Assembly: GCF_009834535.1 (NCBI RefSeq)
Contig: NC_045697.1
Span: 15,502,001-15,566,000 of the forward strand
Length of the DNA stretch: 64,000 bases
Direction of reading: 5' to 3'
Source: Camelus ferus
Taxonomy: Eukaryota
Below, in pieces: positions 1 to 10,493 of the stretch (position 1 is its first letter; each line of letters begins with the position of its first letter). The position numbers and the translations under genes are program-made. The notes under the pieces are model-generated. The model saw nothing but the letters and a program-made list of their open reading frames with translations, was not told where the DNA came from and did not search any database.

Positions 1-200
1 GATGGAACACAAGCAAGAAAAACTCCCAAGCAGGCAGACTAGCTAGGAGATCTACTGTTTTCAAACCATTACAAAAAATGGAGAAGAGGAAAACTCATTA
101 GCGAGACCTGCCCATGACCCCATCTGATGTCTAGACCCTGCCAGAGGCTGACTGTGAAAGTCTAGTGAGAGAAACGGAAACGATAGAAGGTCTTGTTTAT
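1..200 (+). pseudogene. Relic B exon remnant B1 (cut by window start)
   Basis: Frame 1 reads ...LFSNHYKKWRRGKLISETCP*...R*KVLF, then AT|gtaaac (phase 2), matching the phase-2 start of B2. KKW..CP and KVLF resemble ZSWIM5 QKW..VCP and RLLF. Confidence 0.5.
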
Positions 201-654
201 GTAAACTCTTTTCCCGGGGAGCTTTCCTGATACGGATGGGAAGGAGGGGCAGACGCACAGGACCGAGAAAAGGAGAGATGGATGCACGGGGAGCGGGGAT
301 GGGAACTTCCAGGGTCTCTAAGGATGTGATCCGTCAGTCAAGATGGAAAAAACGCCAGGGTCTCCAGGGTGAGAAGGGGAGGGGAGCACATGGAGGAGGA
401 AGAATAAGACAAGACATTTTAATATTTATAAAAGTGACTTCTGGGAACTTATGCTTATTTTCTTCAATGCATAATTCTAAGAGTCAAAGAGTACCACTGT
501 TTTTTTTTCTTAAAGCAGTCCCCTGCTTCTGCCCCTTCTTACTTTCACATCCTAATCTTCAGAGTCATCACATTCAACTCTTTAGCTGTTTCTTCCAATA
601 TTCAAACCTAATTTCAACATAAGGTATCTGTTTTGCTATTTCTTGATTTTGCAG

Positions 655-935
655 TTACAGACATTATCTTAATTCCCTTCTTCTAAGGAAGATAAGGGTT
701 ATGCTTGCTCAGTGTCCTTGTGCTGATCATCGCTGCAGCCTCAAACTCATCAGAGCTGCAAAACCTATCTCAAAAAGGTATCCTTTATCTACTTTTTTCT
801 TGGAGACATCACTCATAGAGCCCAAGTCACACACTCCAGTGTAAACTGGGTCCTCCTCGACTGGCTGCAGAGCAGGGGTAGTGGACCTTCTCTATTCTCT
901 TCTCTCTACTCTTAGGAAACCTCTGTTTCCTGGAT
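655..935 (+). pseudogene. Relic B exon remnant B2 (3' end lost at an L1 fragment)
   Basis: Acceptor tttcttgattttgcag at 654. One frame with one stop: YRHYLNSLLLRKIRVMLAQ...SLKLIRA...STGCRAGVVDLLYSLLSTLRKP. Confidence 0.65.
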
Positions 936-939
936 CTCA

Positions 940-1360
940 CATTCGATCATTTTTTCTTTCATTTGCCCCTATGCACTGAGAGGACATGGGCCATGGATCC
1001 GCTGACGTCTTGCATGTCTGAAAATGTTGCTGTTCTACCCTCAGACTTAATTTATAGTTTGGTTGCGAATGTAATTCCAGTTGGAAGTCAATTTCCTCAG
1101 GATTGTGATCATTTCTCTCTTGTCTTCTGCCAGTGTTGCTATTAAGAATTTTGATGCCATGATAATTCCTCATCATATGTCACCTGCTTTTTTCCCCCTC
1201 TGTCCAGAAGTTTTTAGAATTCTCTTTTTAGTGTTGATGTTCTGCATTTTCTTGATGATAGGGCTTGATGTGAGTCTTTTTTCTGCATTCTGCTGGGCAC
1301 AAAGTGGGCCCTATCACTCTGGAAACATATAGCCTTCAATCGAGGGAAATGATTCATTGT
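940..1360 (-). mobile_element. Old L1M/HAL1-type LINE fragment
   Basis: T-rich antisense ORF1-like text typical of old L1 (gatgccat..attcc...gaagtttttagaattctcttttt...ctgggcac...tctggaaac). Confidence 0.55.
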
Positions 1361-1409
1361 ATGGGATATAGAATGGAAAATGGTTAACATTACAGATTAC
1401 AATTATAAT

Positions 1410-1550
1410 CTTATGGGACCTAACCTCAGGAGTGAATTCCATCTATGGGCCATATTGGAGGCTGGTCAGTAAATTCAAGAGAAAGGGATTACAGAGGCAT
1501 GTGCGCACCAGGAGAGGACACTAGGAGCCGTCTTGCAGGCTGCCCACCAC
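1410..1550 (-). mobile_element. MaLR (MLT1-type) LTR fragment
   Basis: Ends in the characteristic ...gggattaca...accaggag...gccgtcttgcaggctgcccaccaca. Confidence 0.55.
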
Positions 1551-1561
1551 ACCTTGCTTAG

Positions 1562-1812
1562 AAGCAGTTGAGTCATAATCTCATCACTTCATCTGCTTCT
1601 CATGAGAGTGAAACTAGGTTACCTGCTGTCAAGACAGCGGGGACCTCAGTTCTGAGGTAGAGGATTTTCCTGAGACCTTCTATAGGCAAGAGGAATTTTG
1701 TTGGCGAAAATACCTGATTTTCTTTTTCATATATGAAAGTTCACAATCCTTTTTTCTGTCAAGGGTTGAAGAGTACAAAAATTTAGGAGTAAATATGGTG
1801 AAATCTACAAAG
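1562..1812 (+). pseudogene. Relic B exon remnant B3
   Basis: KQLSHNLITSSASHESETRLPAVKTAGTSVLR*RI, 1-nt shift, FPETFYRQEEFC. Parallels ZSWIM5 [39 protein letters not shown]. Donor uncertain (1788, 1797 or 1812). Confidence 0.7.
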
Positions 1813-2300
1813 GTTGTATTTCTATAGAAGACTCCCCCCCCCCCCGAATGACAACTACAATAATTCTATGAGATGACCTTATTCTACTAATAGTATTAAC
1901 AAGAAGAATCACTAATATGAAAATCAAGGTGAAGATTAGGGTAATTAATCATTCAATTAATTTGTAAAAAAAAAACTCATTTGTCTTAATAATTAAGGTA
2001 TGTAAGGATAAAACATTACCTCTCCAAAAATCACACAAATCCATGAATCAAGATTTCCCTTCACTTTACCAAAAGAGACATTCACTATGAAAGTGATTAC
2101 TCAAACTCAAACTCTTATTTCCAAAAAAAAAAAAAAAAAAAAAAGCCTGAAACCCCAGAGAACCAAAACTGGAGTTTTTGAGGCTGTTGCCATAACTATC
2201 TCATTTCCAATGGGGAGAAAAAGCAGGCAAATTATGATGCATTGAATACCATCTAGTTGGCTAATTGAGTTTTTCTCACTTCTTGAATTGATTGTTGCAG

Positions 2301-2436
2301 CTACAGGAAAACTAGCTTTCTTTTCACCATTTGCTGTGTGATAGATTAACTATTAAGAGTTCCCAAACTCTAAGCAGCATGTATTTTGAGATTTTTGGAT
2401 TCAAATGTATAACTAAACAGCTGTTCTCACCTTTAG

Positions 2437-2438
<2 letters not shown>
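2301..2438 (+). pseudogene. Relic B exon remnant B4
   Basis: Acceptor gattgttgcag; phase 1-1, 138 nt: TGKLAFFSPFAV**INY*EFPNSKQHVF*DFWIQMYN*TAVLTFS; the donor position coincides with the start of a (GT)n run. Confidence 0.5.

Positions 2439-2472
<34 letters not shown>
2439..2472. repeat. (GT)n microsatellite
   Basis: About 17 perfect GT units. Confidence 0.97.
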
Positions 2473-2473
<1 letters not shown>

Positions 2474-2664
2474 GTATGCACCTATATTATAAATGTGCAG
2501 TAGTTTACAGTAGTCTTCTCACAAAAAATATTACAAGTTAAAATTGATCATTAGGTACAATATATAACTTATTTTAAGCTCAGTCAAAGGTGAGCAAATG
2601 TGACATTTTATTTAAATGAGTTAGACATTGGATGGGCATTGTATACTTTTTCTCTCCGTGTCAG

Positions 2665-2856
2665 TAGCCCAGTTCCTAATATCAAATTCCACTCAAACTC
2701 CAAGCTGCAGAAACTGACCAGGTCTGGAAGCAGTTACAGGGTACAAGAAATGTTGACCATGCCATTAAATTCAACTTTCCTTATGTTCTGATGCAGTATC
2801 TTATCATTCATTGGTGTATTTTCAAACCAATGCTGAAATATTATTCCAAAATACAT
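2665..2856 (+). pseudogene. Relic B exon remnant B5
   Basis: Acceptor actttttctctccgtgtcag, donor CAT|gtgagt (phase 0). Reads YQIPLKLQAAETDQVWKQLQGTRNVDHAIKFNFPYVLMQYLIIHWCIFKPMLKYYSKIH without stops after the first few codons. Confidence 0.7.
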
Positions 2857-3099
2857 GTGAGTTAAAGATACATGTGGAGTTACTTAGAAGAGTAAAATGT
2901 GCATGTTTAAAAGGACAGGCTTTTCTCAAGCTCCCATTCTGAGTCTATCACTGTACTAGGCACAATGGGAGAGAGAGGAGTGATAAATGTTATAATCCAA
3001 AAATTCATTGGTGAAAAACAGCACACAGAAGAGAATCCCACAACCATATAAGATATTCAATGTCTATTCCCTTACGTATGTCTTCTCTTGGACTATTAC

Positions 3100-3290
3100 A
3101 CTTGGAATCACAATCCATGCTCTATTCAGTATATCACCAGTGCCTAAGACTGTAACTGGAACATAAGAAGTGCTTACAAGATGGCTAATGGATGATGAAT
3201 GGATCAACAAGTAAATTACATAAGAAGTGCTTAAAAGATGGCTAATGGATGATGAATGGATCAATAAGTAAATTAATGAATAAATCTGTA
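3100..3290 (+). mobile_element. L2 3' end containing a 57-bp tandem duplication (3161-3217 / 3218-3274)
   Basis: tattcagtatatcaccagtgcctaagac...gaatgaat-like L2 tail; the two copies differ at 2 positions. Confidence 0.75.
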
Positions 3291-3388
3291 AGCGAACCAA
3301 AGGCATCATGAGTGCCATGAGAGTTAAAGGGAGGAAGACAGTCTTGTAGTCTAGAAAGGTGAGGAAACTATACATGAATGAGATGGGG

Positions 3389-3742
3389 TACTACCGACTG
3401 AATGTCTGTGTTCCCAACATTCAAATGTTAAAACTTAATCCCCAGTATTTGGAGGTGGAATCTTTGGGAGGTGATTAGGACACCAGGGCAGGGCTGTCAT
3501 GAATGGAGTTAGTGCCCTCATTAAAGAGATTCTGGACAACTCTCTTTCCTGTCTCTACCAGGTAAGGACAGAGAAATGATGGCTGTCTATGAACCAGGAA
3601 GTGGGCCTTCACCAGGCAACAGATCTGCTAGCTCCTTGATCTTGGACTTCTCAGCCTCCAGAACTGTGAGCAGTAAATATCTGGTGTTTGTAAACAACCA
3701 GTCTATGGCATCTCTGTTATAGCAGCTCCAAGGAACTGAGAC
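3389..3742 (+). mobile_element. MaLR solo LTR (MLT1A-like)
   Basis: ctgaatgtctgtgttccc...cttgatcttggacttctcagcctccagaactgtgag...gttatagcagc. Confidence 0.85.
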
Positions 3743-3929
3743 CTGGGATTTACTCAAGCCATGGAAAATTAGGAATACTTTGGTTGGCTAGAAAGAAGGC
3801 AGAAATGATGTCAGCTGAGTTGTTTTCCTGAGCAAACACCCTTCACCATCTTTTCTCAACAGTCATGAAGTCCTCTTTCCCTACTTCATGATCTTACTAC
3901 TACCTTCATAGACATAAAAAAGTGGTCTA

Positions 3930-4142
3930 ATGACTACTTGGGCTGGGTTGAAGTCCTGCTTTCCCATTTTCTAGCTGTGTAAGTGTAACCGACTGATTTA
4001 ATTGCTCTATCTCAATTTGCCATCTATATTTTAGGAATGCTAATGGGTCATAATGAGTTGTTGTGAGAATTAAATGGCACAGGATATGAAAGGGCTCAGA
4101 GCAGTGCTTAGCCCACAGTGAGCACTAAGTACATGTTAGCTA
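3930..4142 (+). mobile_element. MIR SINE
   Basis: Core tagctgtgt..ctcaatttgccatcta...gttgtgagaattaaatg...cagtgcttagcccacagtgagcact. Confidence 0.8.
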
Positions 4143-4450
4143 TTTTGGCAAAGACAGCCAGCTCGCCACAAAAATCTGCTCAGCCCTTCCCACACTGTAG
4201 TACAGATTACCGCCATGCTAGAGTACACTTTAGTTGTGACTGGAAGGAGGCTGTGCAGTGCAAGACTTTTCCCAGCCTTCCTGCCCACAGGGGTGACCAA
4301 GTGACTAGTGCATCATTTATTGCCCATCAGAAATAGTGAAAACACACCTTGCCATTAGAGAAATTTTTCTGAGTTCTTGTCAGGGTTACTTTCAACGGAA
4401 AGAGCCAAAAGAATAAAGCTTAGGTATCTTTTGGCTCTGCTTTCTTCCAG

Positions 4451-4703
4451 GGACAGGACACAAAAGCCACAGTGTTCATTTGTGCACTGGGGCAGGTCTT
4501 GAAGCCAGTGTAACTGGAGAAACATATTCCATGCTCATCACATCAAGACGGCATAAACTGTAGGTCTTTTCATGAGAAGGAGGCTTGCTTTGCAAAGACT
4601 GTATCTTTACCAAAACTTGGATTTGCCTTAACTGAAACAATCTGAAGTGTCCTTCAAGAATACTTTTCCCATTACCAAGCAAAAACAAAGCCTCTCATGA
4701 TTG
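4451..4703 (+). pseudogene. Relic B exon remnant B6
   Basis: Strong acceptor ctctgctttcttccag, donor TTG|gtaaag; 253 nt, phase 0-1, 84 codons with 2 stops: [29 protein letters not shown]...VSLPKLGFALTETI*SVLQEYF...PLMI. Confidence 0.8.
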
Positions 4704-4725
4704 GTAAAGATCTTAGAAAAGTCAT

Positions 4726-5101
4726 GTATTCCTTTGCAGGGGCTTCAGAGTCGGTGGCTTAAACAACAGACATTTATTTTCTCACAGTCATGGAGCCTAG
4801 AAGTCCAAGATCAAGACATCCGTCAGGGTTAGTTTCCATTCTGAAGCCTCTCTCCTTGGCTTATAGATGGTCATCTTCTTCCTGTGTCTTCACATGACCT
4901 GCTCTTTGTACACGCCTGTGTCCTAATTGCCTCTTCTTATCAGGACACCGGTCATATTGGATTAGGACCCACCCTCATGACCTCATTTTAACTTAATTAT
5001 CTCTTTAAAGACCCTATCTCCAAATACAGTCACATTCTGAGATACAAGGGGTTAGGACTTCAAAACACAAATGTTAGGAGCACACAAGTCAGCCCATAAT
5101 A
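4726..5101 (-). mobile_element. MaLR solo LTR (MLT1A/B-like)
   Basis: ggtggcttaaacaacagacatttattttctcacag...gacctcattttaacttaatta...tcagcccataa. Confidence 0.88.
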
Positions 5102-5418
5102 CCATGCAACCTAGAAGTGGCCAAATTTAACAAATGGAAGTACTGTACCTATTGATAATATTATCTTCTCCAAAATTTTGAGTGTCCTATCTAATATGTT
5201 TTAGTCAGTAATGCACCTTATTCTCCTTCAGTATTGACCAGATAGAACTATCACTCTGTCTCAATGGTGCCAGTATCTAAACTTATTTCCTAGCTAACAC
5301 ATCTATGAACAATGCCTTTTTTAAGCCCTTTTGGAAACTGTGGGTACAACTGACAACCTCAAAAGGAAGAATTTGTCAGGCACAACCTTGGTGCACAAAT
5401 TCTTGGTGCTCTCTGCAG

Positions 5419-6410
5419 GTATGTCAACCGTCACACATGACGTTAATGTCCTTCTGCTCTAATGCAGAAGGAAGTTGTACGTGTTACGAGGTTTCTTTGC
5501 TTTGTCTTGAAATCACTGACAACAGTCCTGGGAGTGCTGTCTGCAGCCCTGAAAATGGGCTCTTTTGTCTGAGCTGGGCTTTTGGTCAGCAGAAGGCCGA
5601 ATACAAGGGCATCTTCTACACAGATATTCCCTGGCTTACAAGTTCATGAGTCCTGAAGGGCTCGATTGTCATTGGGGCAGAAGTTGCATGTTTTTATGGG
5701 AAAAGTCAGTCATATCCCCAGAATGGTCAGAAAGGGTGGGGTTCATTTCTGTCTTGGCTCAGCTGCCAGCTATCTGGGCTCTTAAGAATGAGGTAAATCA
5801 TTTCATTGGAAGCTCTGCAGTCACCTTTATAGATGCTGCTTCTGGACAACTGTAGCTTCCACTGGCCAACTTGCCTCATTGGAAGGAGAGATCAGAATCC
5901 GAAATTTGTGAAAACTCTGCAACACTGGAGGACGTGTTTCAGCAGGCTGAAGATGAAAATGATAACATCTAGTCAATTTGTCCGAAGTCTGAAGACACTC
6001 AGAAATGCTATAAAAGTCTGATGAAAATTACTTCTGCCGAGAAGGAAAAAGGATTCATCATTCTTTCCCTGCAAACATACATAGCATCAATGATGAAACT
6101 TCTGGAAAGATACCCTCATTGTTTTGAGGACAAGGGAAATGAAATCATGAATTCAACCTCAAAAGAAAGGTTCTCAGAAATATCTAGCATTTCGTGAGAC
6201 CAACTACCCTCATATCACAAAGAACATGTGAAAATGAATACTGAGTTTGCCTCGTGTGACTTTGTAAATTGAGGTTTTTAGCACTTATCTCTCAGAGCAA
6301 ATAGATATCAAAGATCTCTGCATACTGCGATTTCAGAAACCTCTTTGTAATCTTAGCATCTCATCAAAACCAAACAAAGCTGAAATTAGTACAATTTAGA
6401 TCTCTTTCAA
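5419..6410 (+). pseudogene. Relic B terminal exon remnant B7
   Basis: Acceptor gctctctgcag; phase-1 join with B6 (G|GT). One frame from 5565 to 6197 has only two internal stops in ~210 codons and carries the ZSWIM C-terminal-like motifs. AATAAA at ~6507 and ~6576. End approximate. Confidence 0.8.
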
Positions 6411-6709
6411 CTTTTTTTTCAGAAAGTAGGTATGCTTTTTAAGAAAAAAAAAGGAGAGTGAAAAATTATAGTTCTTAAAAAAGATTGTTTCTTTTTTTCA
6501 CTGTGAAATAAATCCCCAATCAATCGCTTTCATTACACTAATATCAGTTTTGTTTCAGGGGCAGAATCAGGCCCTAATAAAACTGGGGGCAAGTGTCCAT
6601 CTGGATTTCCAAGTCAGTATGGAGCAATGACTGCTAAGTATCTTCCATATCCCTGTTTTGGAATTAGAGGGTTTACTGAAAATATCCTGTCCCAGTGTCA
6701 TCATTACAT

Positions 6710-7265
6710 ATTGGCTGTGTCAGGGGCAGAATCACTTGCCCTTATTCCAAGGTCTTCAGACTAAGAGGAATTGTGACCAAGGAAATAAATTTACTGGTCC
6801 TCCTCCACATCTGGACCTGATTCAGACTATGAGATCCTTGACCTGGAGCCTAAGCCTTATGGTCTAATAGGTAAGACTTTGAGAGCGGTTGGGAAGGAGA
6901 GAGCATATTTTGCAAGTAGAGGGATTTAAAAAAAAATCTGTGGCCAATGGGCAGAATAGTGTGTTTTATAAAACATGACAAAATGTGTTGACCTTTTCCT
7001 AGAGGTAAACTAAGCCTGGTTCTCCAGGGACATTCACTCTGGGGAAAGCCGGATACTGTGTAAGATGTCCAGTTTCCCTCAGACTAACTGTAAAGGCCAA
7101 AGGTAGATATTCTAGAGTTCAGCCTCACTGAGCTCTCAGCGACCACCAGCAACAATGACCAGTCATGGGAGTGAGCCATCTTGGAAGTCCAGCCCTGATA
7201 AGCATACTGATGTCTGATACTAGCTGCAACCACATGAGAAACTCCAAGTAAAAATGGCCCAGCTG
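6710..7265 (+). mobile_element. MaLR internal 3' end plus MLT1F/G/H-type LTR
   Basis: atattttgcaag...gggcaga polypurine end followed by LTR text gagtgagccatcttggaagtccagccc...gcaaccacatgaga. Confidence 0.65.
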
Positions 7266-7269
7266 AGGG

Positions 7270-7642
7270 TCAGCTAGGGAGCTCTTTTCAGCTTAGCTGA
7301 AGTTGCTCACGTGTCTAGCATCAGCTGTCGTTGGATGAAATAAGATGGCTTCAGCTTTACATGTCTCTACTCCACACGTCTCTCTTCTTTCATCAGGCTA
7401 GACTAACCATGGGCTGGTGGTAAAGTCAGAGACACGAGAGGAAGGGCAGAAACCCTCAAGGTTTCTTTCAGCCAAGGCCCAGAACTGGCACACTTTCACC
7501 CCCACCTCATCCTGGAGGGCACTCACAAGTGAGGGACAGGGAAATCCCATGGCTTCTGCGAGACTAACTGCTAAGTCACAGGGCAAAGGGCAGGGATACA
7601 GGGAGGGGTAAAATGCTGGGACCACCAGAGCAATCTCCCACC
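7270..7642 (-). mobile_element. MLT1-type LTR fragment
   Basis: caggctagac...ggcccagaactggcacac...caatctcccacc. Confidence 0.6.
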
Positions 7643-8149
7643 GTCACCAATGTTGCACACAGGGGGCAGAAAGGAACTTACCAAAAGGAATCCAAATTGC
7701 CAAAAGGAAGGTTTAAGTTAATTCTAAGAAGCCAATTACAACAATAAAGTAAACTTTATAAAAAAATATAACATGCATATGTGTGTTTGGATTTTGTTTT
7801 TATTAAAGGGTCTGCTGAGTTTTCATCACATTCTTCTATCAGTTTTAGACTGGAAAGAACAACACATACAGAATCAGAACACACGCTGGCAGTTCAGCCC
7901 CGATGTTTTATCCGTTAGAAATCTGACGTAGTTCTGCACCATGAGGGCCTTCAATTCCTTGTCTGTAAATGGAAGGTTTTGCTTTGCTGCTTACCGTTTA
8001 TTGAGAAGGGCCTCCCTTTATTCCTCCGTTCTTAGAAGGCCTCTGTGGACGTGTAACTTATTGAGATATTAGTTTGTGTTTAGTTCTCATGTATTTAAAA
8101 AGTCAGCATAGCAAGATTAAAAGGGGAGACAAAAAACCAGGCAATTAAA

Positions 8150-8300
8150 CCAGGCCATTAAAATCTGCATCTGCCATTGATTAGCTGTGTAAATTGGGCA
8201 GTTTACTTAACCTCTCTGTGCTGGCTTCCCTATCTATAAAATGGAAACAATAATAATGGTATCTACCGTTCAGTTTACTGTGAGGTTAAATGAGAGGTGG
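8150..8300 (+). mobile_element. MIR SINE
   Basis: ttagctgtgt..ttgggcagtttacttaacctctctgtg...ctataaaatgg...gtgaggttaaatgaga. Confidence 0.85.
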
Positions 8301-8699
8301 AAATCAGGGACCACTGCTGGAACTCTTTTTCTAGCAACACACCAAGGCAACAATCCAGAGATGGGCTGCCAACATCCTGATCCTAAGACCTTTTCATCCT
8401 CTTCCTCCCACATCCTCCTCTCATCACCCCTCCAGTCCTAGCAGCTCCATATCAGAGACTTGCCACATGAAGACCAGGACTATAGCCATACCTGAGGACA
8501 GAAAACAGCAGCCTTGGAGAGAGGGCCTCTGCCCTACTCTACCTTCTCAATCTCAGGTGAGTGCATGATATTAGTGAAAATCAATTACATTCAGAACTAC
8601 CACTGCCGAGGAGCCTAGGAAACGCAATATCTTTCCAACCTCTGCAGTAGACCGAGGCCCCCCACTCCCCACAGGCACCCTACTCAGTACGTCAGGTTG

Positions 8700-9031
8700 G
8701 ATGCCATGAAGCAAGGGGAGTGAACTTTCCTAGACAGGATGTCTTTGTGTAGATCCCACAGAGCAACAGTGACAACACCACCTTGGAAAAAAGAGTCGGC
8801 ACACACTCGTTCAGGTCCCACTTCATCTCTGAGAGATAATAAGCATATTCAGCCTCATTAAAATCCTAGTACTCTCCTCAAAGACGCTGGTGAAAAATTC
8901 ATGAGACAATGGATAGGAAAGCAATTATTGCAATAATGGTAGAGCAACTGAATTCCATTGAGGAATAATCTGCATTTCCAAGGTCAGGGAACGTGCCCTG
9001 TTCTTCGATATTCTCATGCGTGGTACCTGAC
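8700..9031 (-). pseudogene. Relic A probable last exon A22
   Basis: Acceptor ctaattgcag, phase 2: SGTTHENIEEQGTFPDLGNADYSSMEFSCSTIIAIIAFLSIVS*IFHQRL*GEY*DFNEAEYAYYLSEMKWDL; 3' limit uncertain. Confidence 0.75.
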
Positions 9032-9355
9032 CTGCAATTAGATGTCAATACATGTTTACAGGCTGTACCAACTAGAAAGTACAATTCTACTATGTATGAC
9101 AGGGTTGAATTGAGGGGATGGAGGGAGGGAAGGAAAGTTAAAAGAAAGAACTTCTTTTACAAAAATCCTAACAGAGAGGACATCACCTTCTTCTGTGGAG
9201 GATCAGACTTCACCTTAACTGGAGGGAGATTTCTAAACATCAGCAGTCTTTCTAGTGCAGAGTTAGTACTAAGGAAACAGGATATTATGGGCTTTTCAGA
9301 TTAAATCACTATTCAGTGCCGTGTAGGCTTCTAATTTTATGTCTACATTACTTAT

Positions 9356-9479
9356 GCCTTTGCCGATTTCATAAGTTTCTGAAGCTCATCTTCATAAATG
9401 ACAACCTTCAGGATCAACAGGACAGGCATAGTGTCAACGGGTTCATTTGCTGCTTTGAAAGCTACTATATCATCCATAT
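9356..9479 (-). pseudogene. Relic A exon A21
   Basis: Acceptor atctttcag; 124 nt, phase 1-2, stop-free MDDIVAFKAANEPVDTMPVLLILKVVIYEDELQKLMKSAK; donor reads GC|ataagt (inferred GT>AT). Confidence 0.8.
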
Positions 9480-9819
9480 CTGAAAGATATCAAAGAATCT
9501 ATGGGAGGTGAAGCAAGTCCCCTATTTTCTTCCTAGAATCAGACCATGTGCCAAGTACAGGGCAGTAAATGGAATACAGCAAACATTTCCTAAACCTCTA
9601 CTACGCCACTCACTCTGCCAGGCTCTATACATAAGAACATCATCAAAGAGACAGCGCCTCCATGTCAGCTGAGCTGTGGCAGGGCCACACTCTCACAGAG
9701 ACAGCTGTCACACATTCCCCTCTGGACCACAATGTCCTCACCTCTAAAAGAGGAACCGTTCCAGAGGGCTGTAGAGCTAACAGTACAAAAGCGAAATGTG
9801 GACAGTGCAAAGCACTCAC

Positions 9820-9865
9820 TACATGGGGTGATTATGAATCTGAGCAATTTGTAGAGTTTCAATTA
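9820..9865 (-). pseudogene. Relic A exon A20
   Basis: ttgtttcag / gtgagt; 46 nt, phase 0-1: *LKLYKLLRFIITPC. Confidence 0.75.
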
Positions 9866-10387
9866 CTGAAACAATTGGTCCATTGACGTTAGGAGACATA
9901 GAGATGTTTAAAATACAAATTTCATTATGTGAAAATGACTTTCCATTTGATTAATCTTCAAAAAAGTTAACATGGGAAATATTGATGACAGGTCAGAGGA
10001 TACAAAATAAAAGCAAATTAGTATAAGGAGTAAACTCAAGAATTAGAAACATTTCTAGAATTTATGCTTGAAGTCCAGCAGTCATCCCACGTCTTTTGAA
10101 ATTAGCAAGAGTCACTAAGAGTCTCTTTACAAGTAAAGGGAATCTTTACAGTAACTTTTATGGAAATTTTTACTTTGCTTTAGCTGATAAAGACTCATAT
10201 CAGAGAGATAAAATATCTCTAGAGAAAGAAAATCAAATTACATGCATTATAAACTTCAGACTTACAGACGGCAATATCAAATCTGGCTTGTCTACAAAAA
10301 TTACAAATCATGGAGTTGAATTTTAAATTATTAAAGTTTTGATTTTAGTGACTCCTTAAAGTCCTGCTCTTTAAAAAAAAAAAGCAG

Positions 10388-10493
10388 TTGTTCACAAAAC
10401 AAATGATTTTGCAAAATCTAACTTTTCAATCTAAGTGCCACTTGTTCACAAAACAAATGCTTTTGCAAAATCTAACTTTTCAATCTAAGTGCC
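10388..10493. repeat. 54-bp-period tandem duplication
   Basis: ttgttcacaaaacaaatg(a/c)ttttgcaaaatctaacttttcaatctaagtgcc occurs twice, one mismatch. Confidence 0.95.

Larger units (their letters stand above)
1..6410 (+). pseudogene. Relic B: 3' part of a decayed multi-exon ZSWIM4/5/6-like gene (unitary pseudogene); 5' end lies upstream of the window
   Basis: Seven exon remnants, mostly with AG/GT boundaries and matching phases. Translation gives motifs in the same order as ZSWIM5 as I recall it: GCRAGVVDLLYSLLSTL~GWVGHPLDPIGCLFLTL; FPETFYRQEEFC~[33 protein letters not shown]~[35 protein letters not shown]~GYPLRAFKLASLAM; KNEVNHFI~KNELAALI; YIASMMKLLERYP~YINTTHSRLTHISP. Many in-frame stops. 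Confidence 0.8.

Noticed and set aside
236..622. 128-aa ORF
   Set aside because: Purine-rich then pyrimidine-rich low-complexity sequence within the inferred B1-B2 intron.
4640..5460. UFSP-like protease motif (YF...PLMIG....H)
   Set aside because: A single short resemblance; flanking exons fit the ZSWIM order instead.
5565..5720. Kinase-like reading (LSELGF...FMSPE)
   Set aside because: No HRD motif or correct spacing; the same frame is better explained by colinear ZSWIM motifs.
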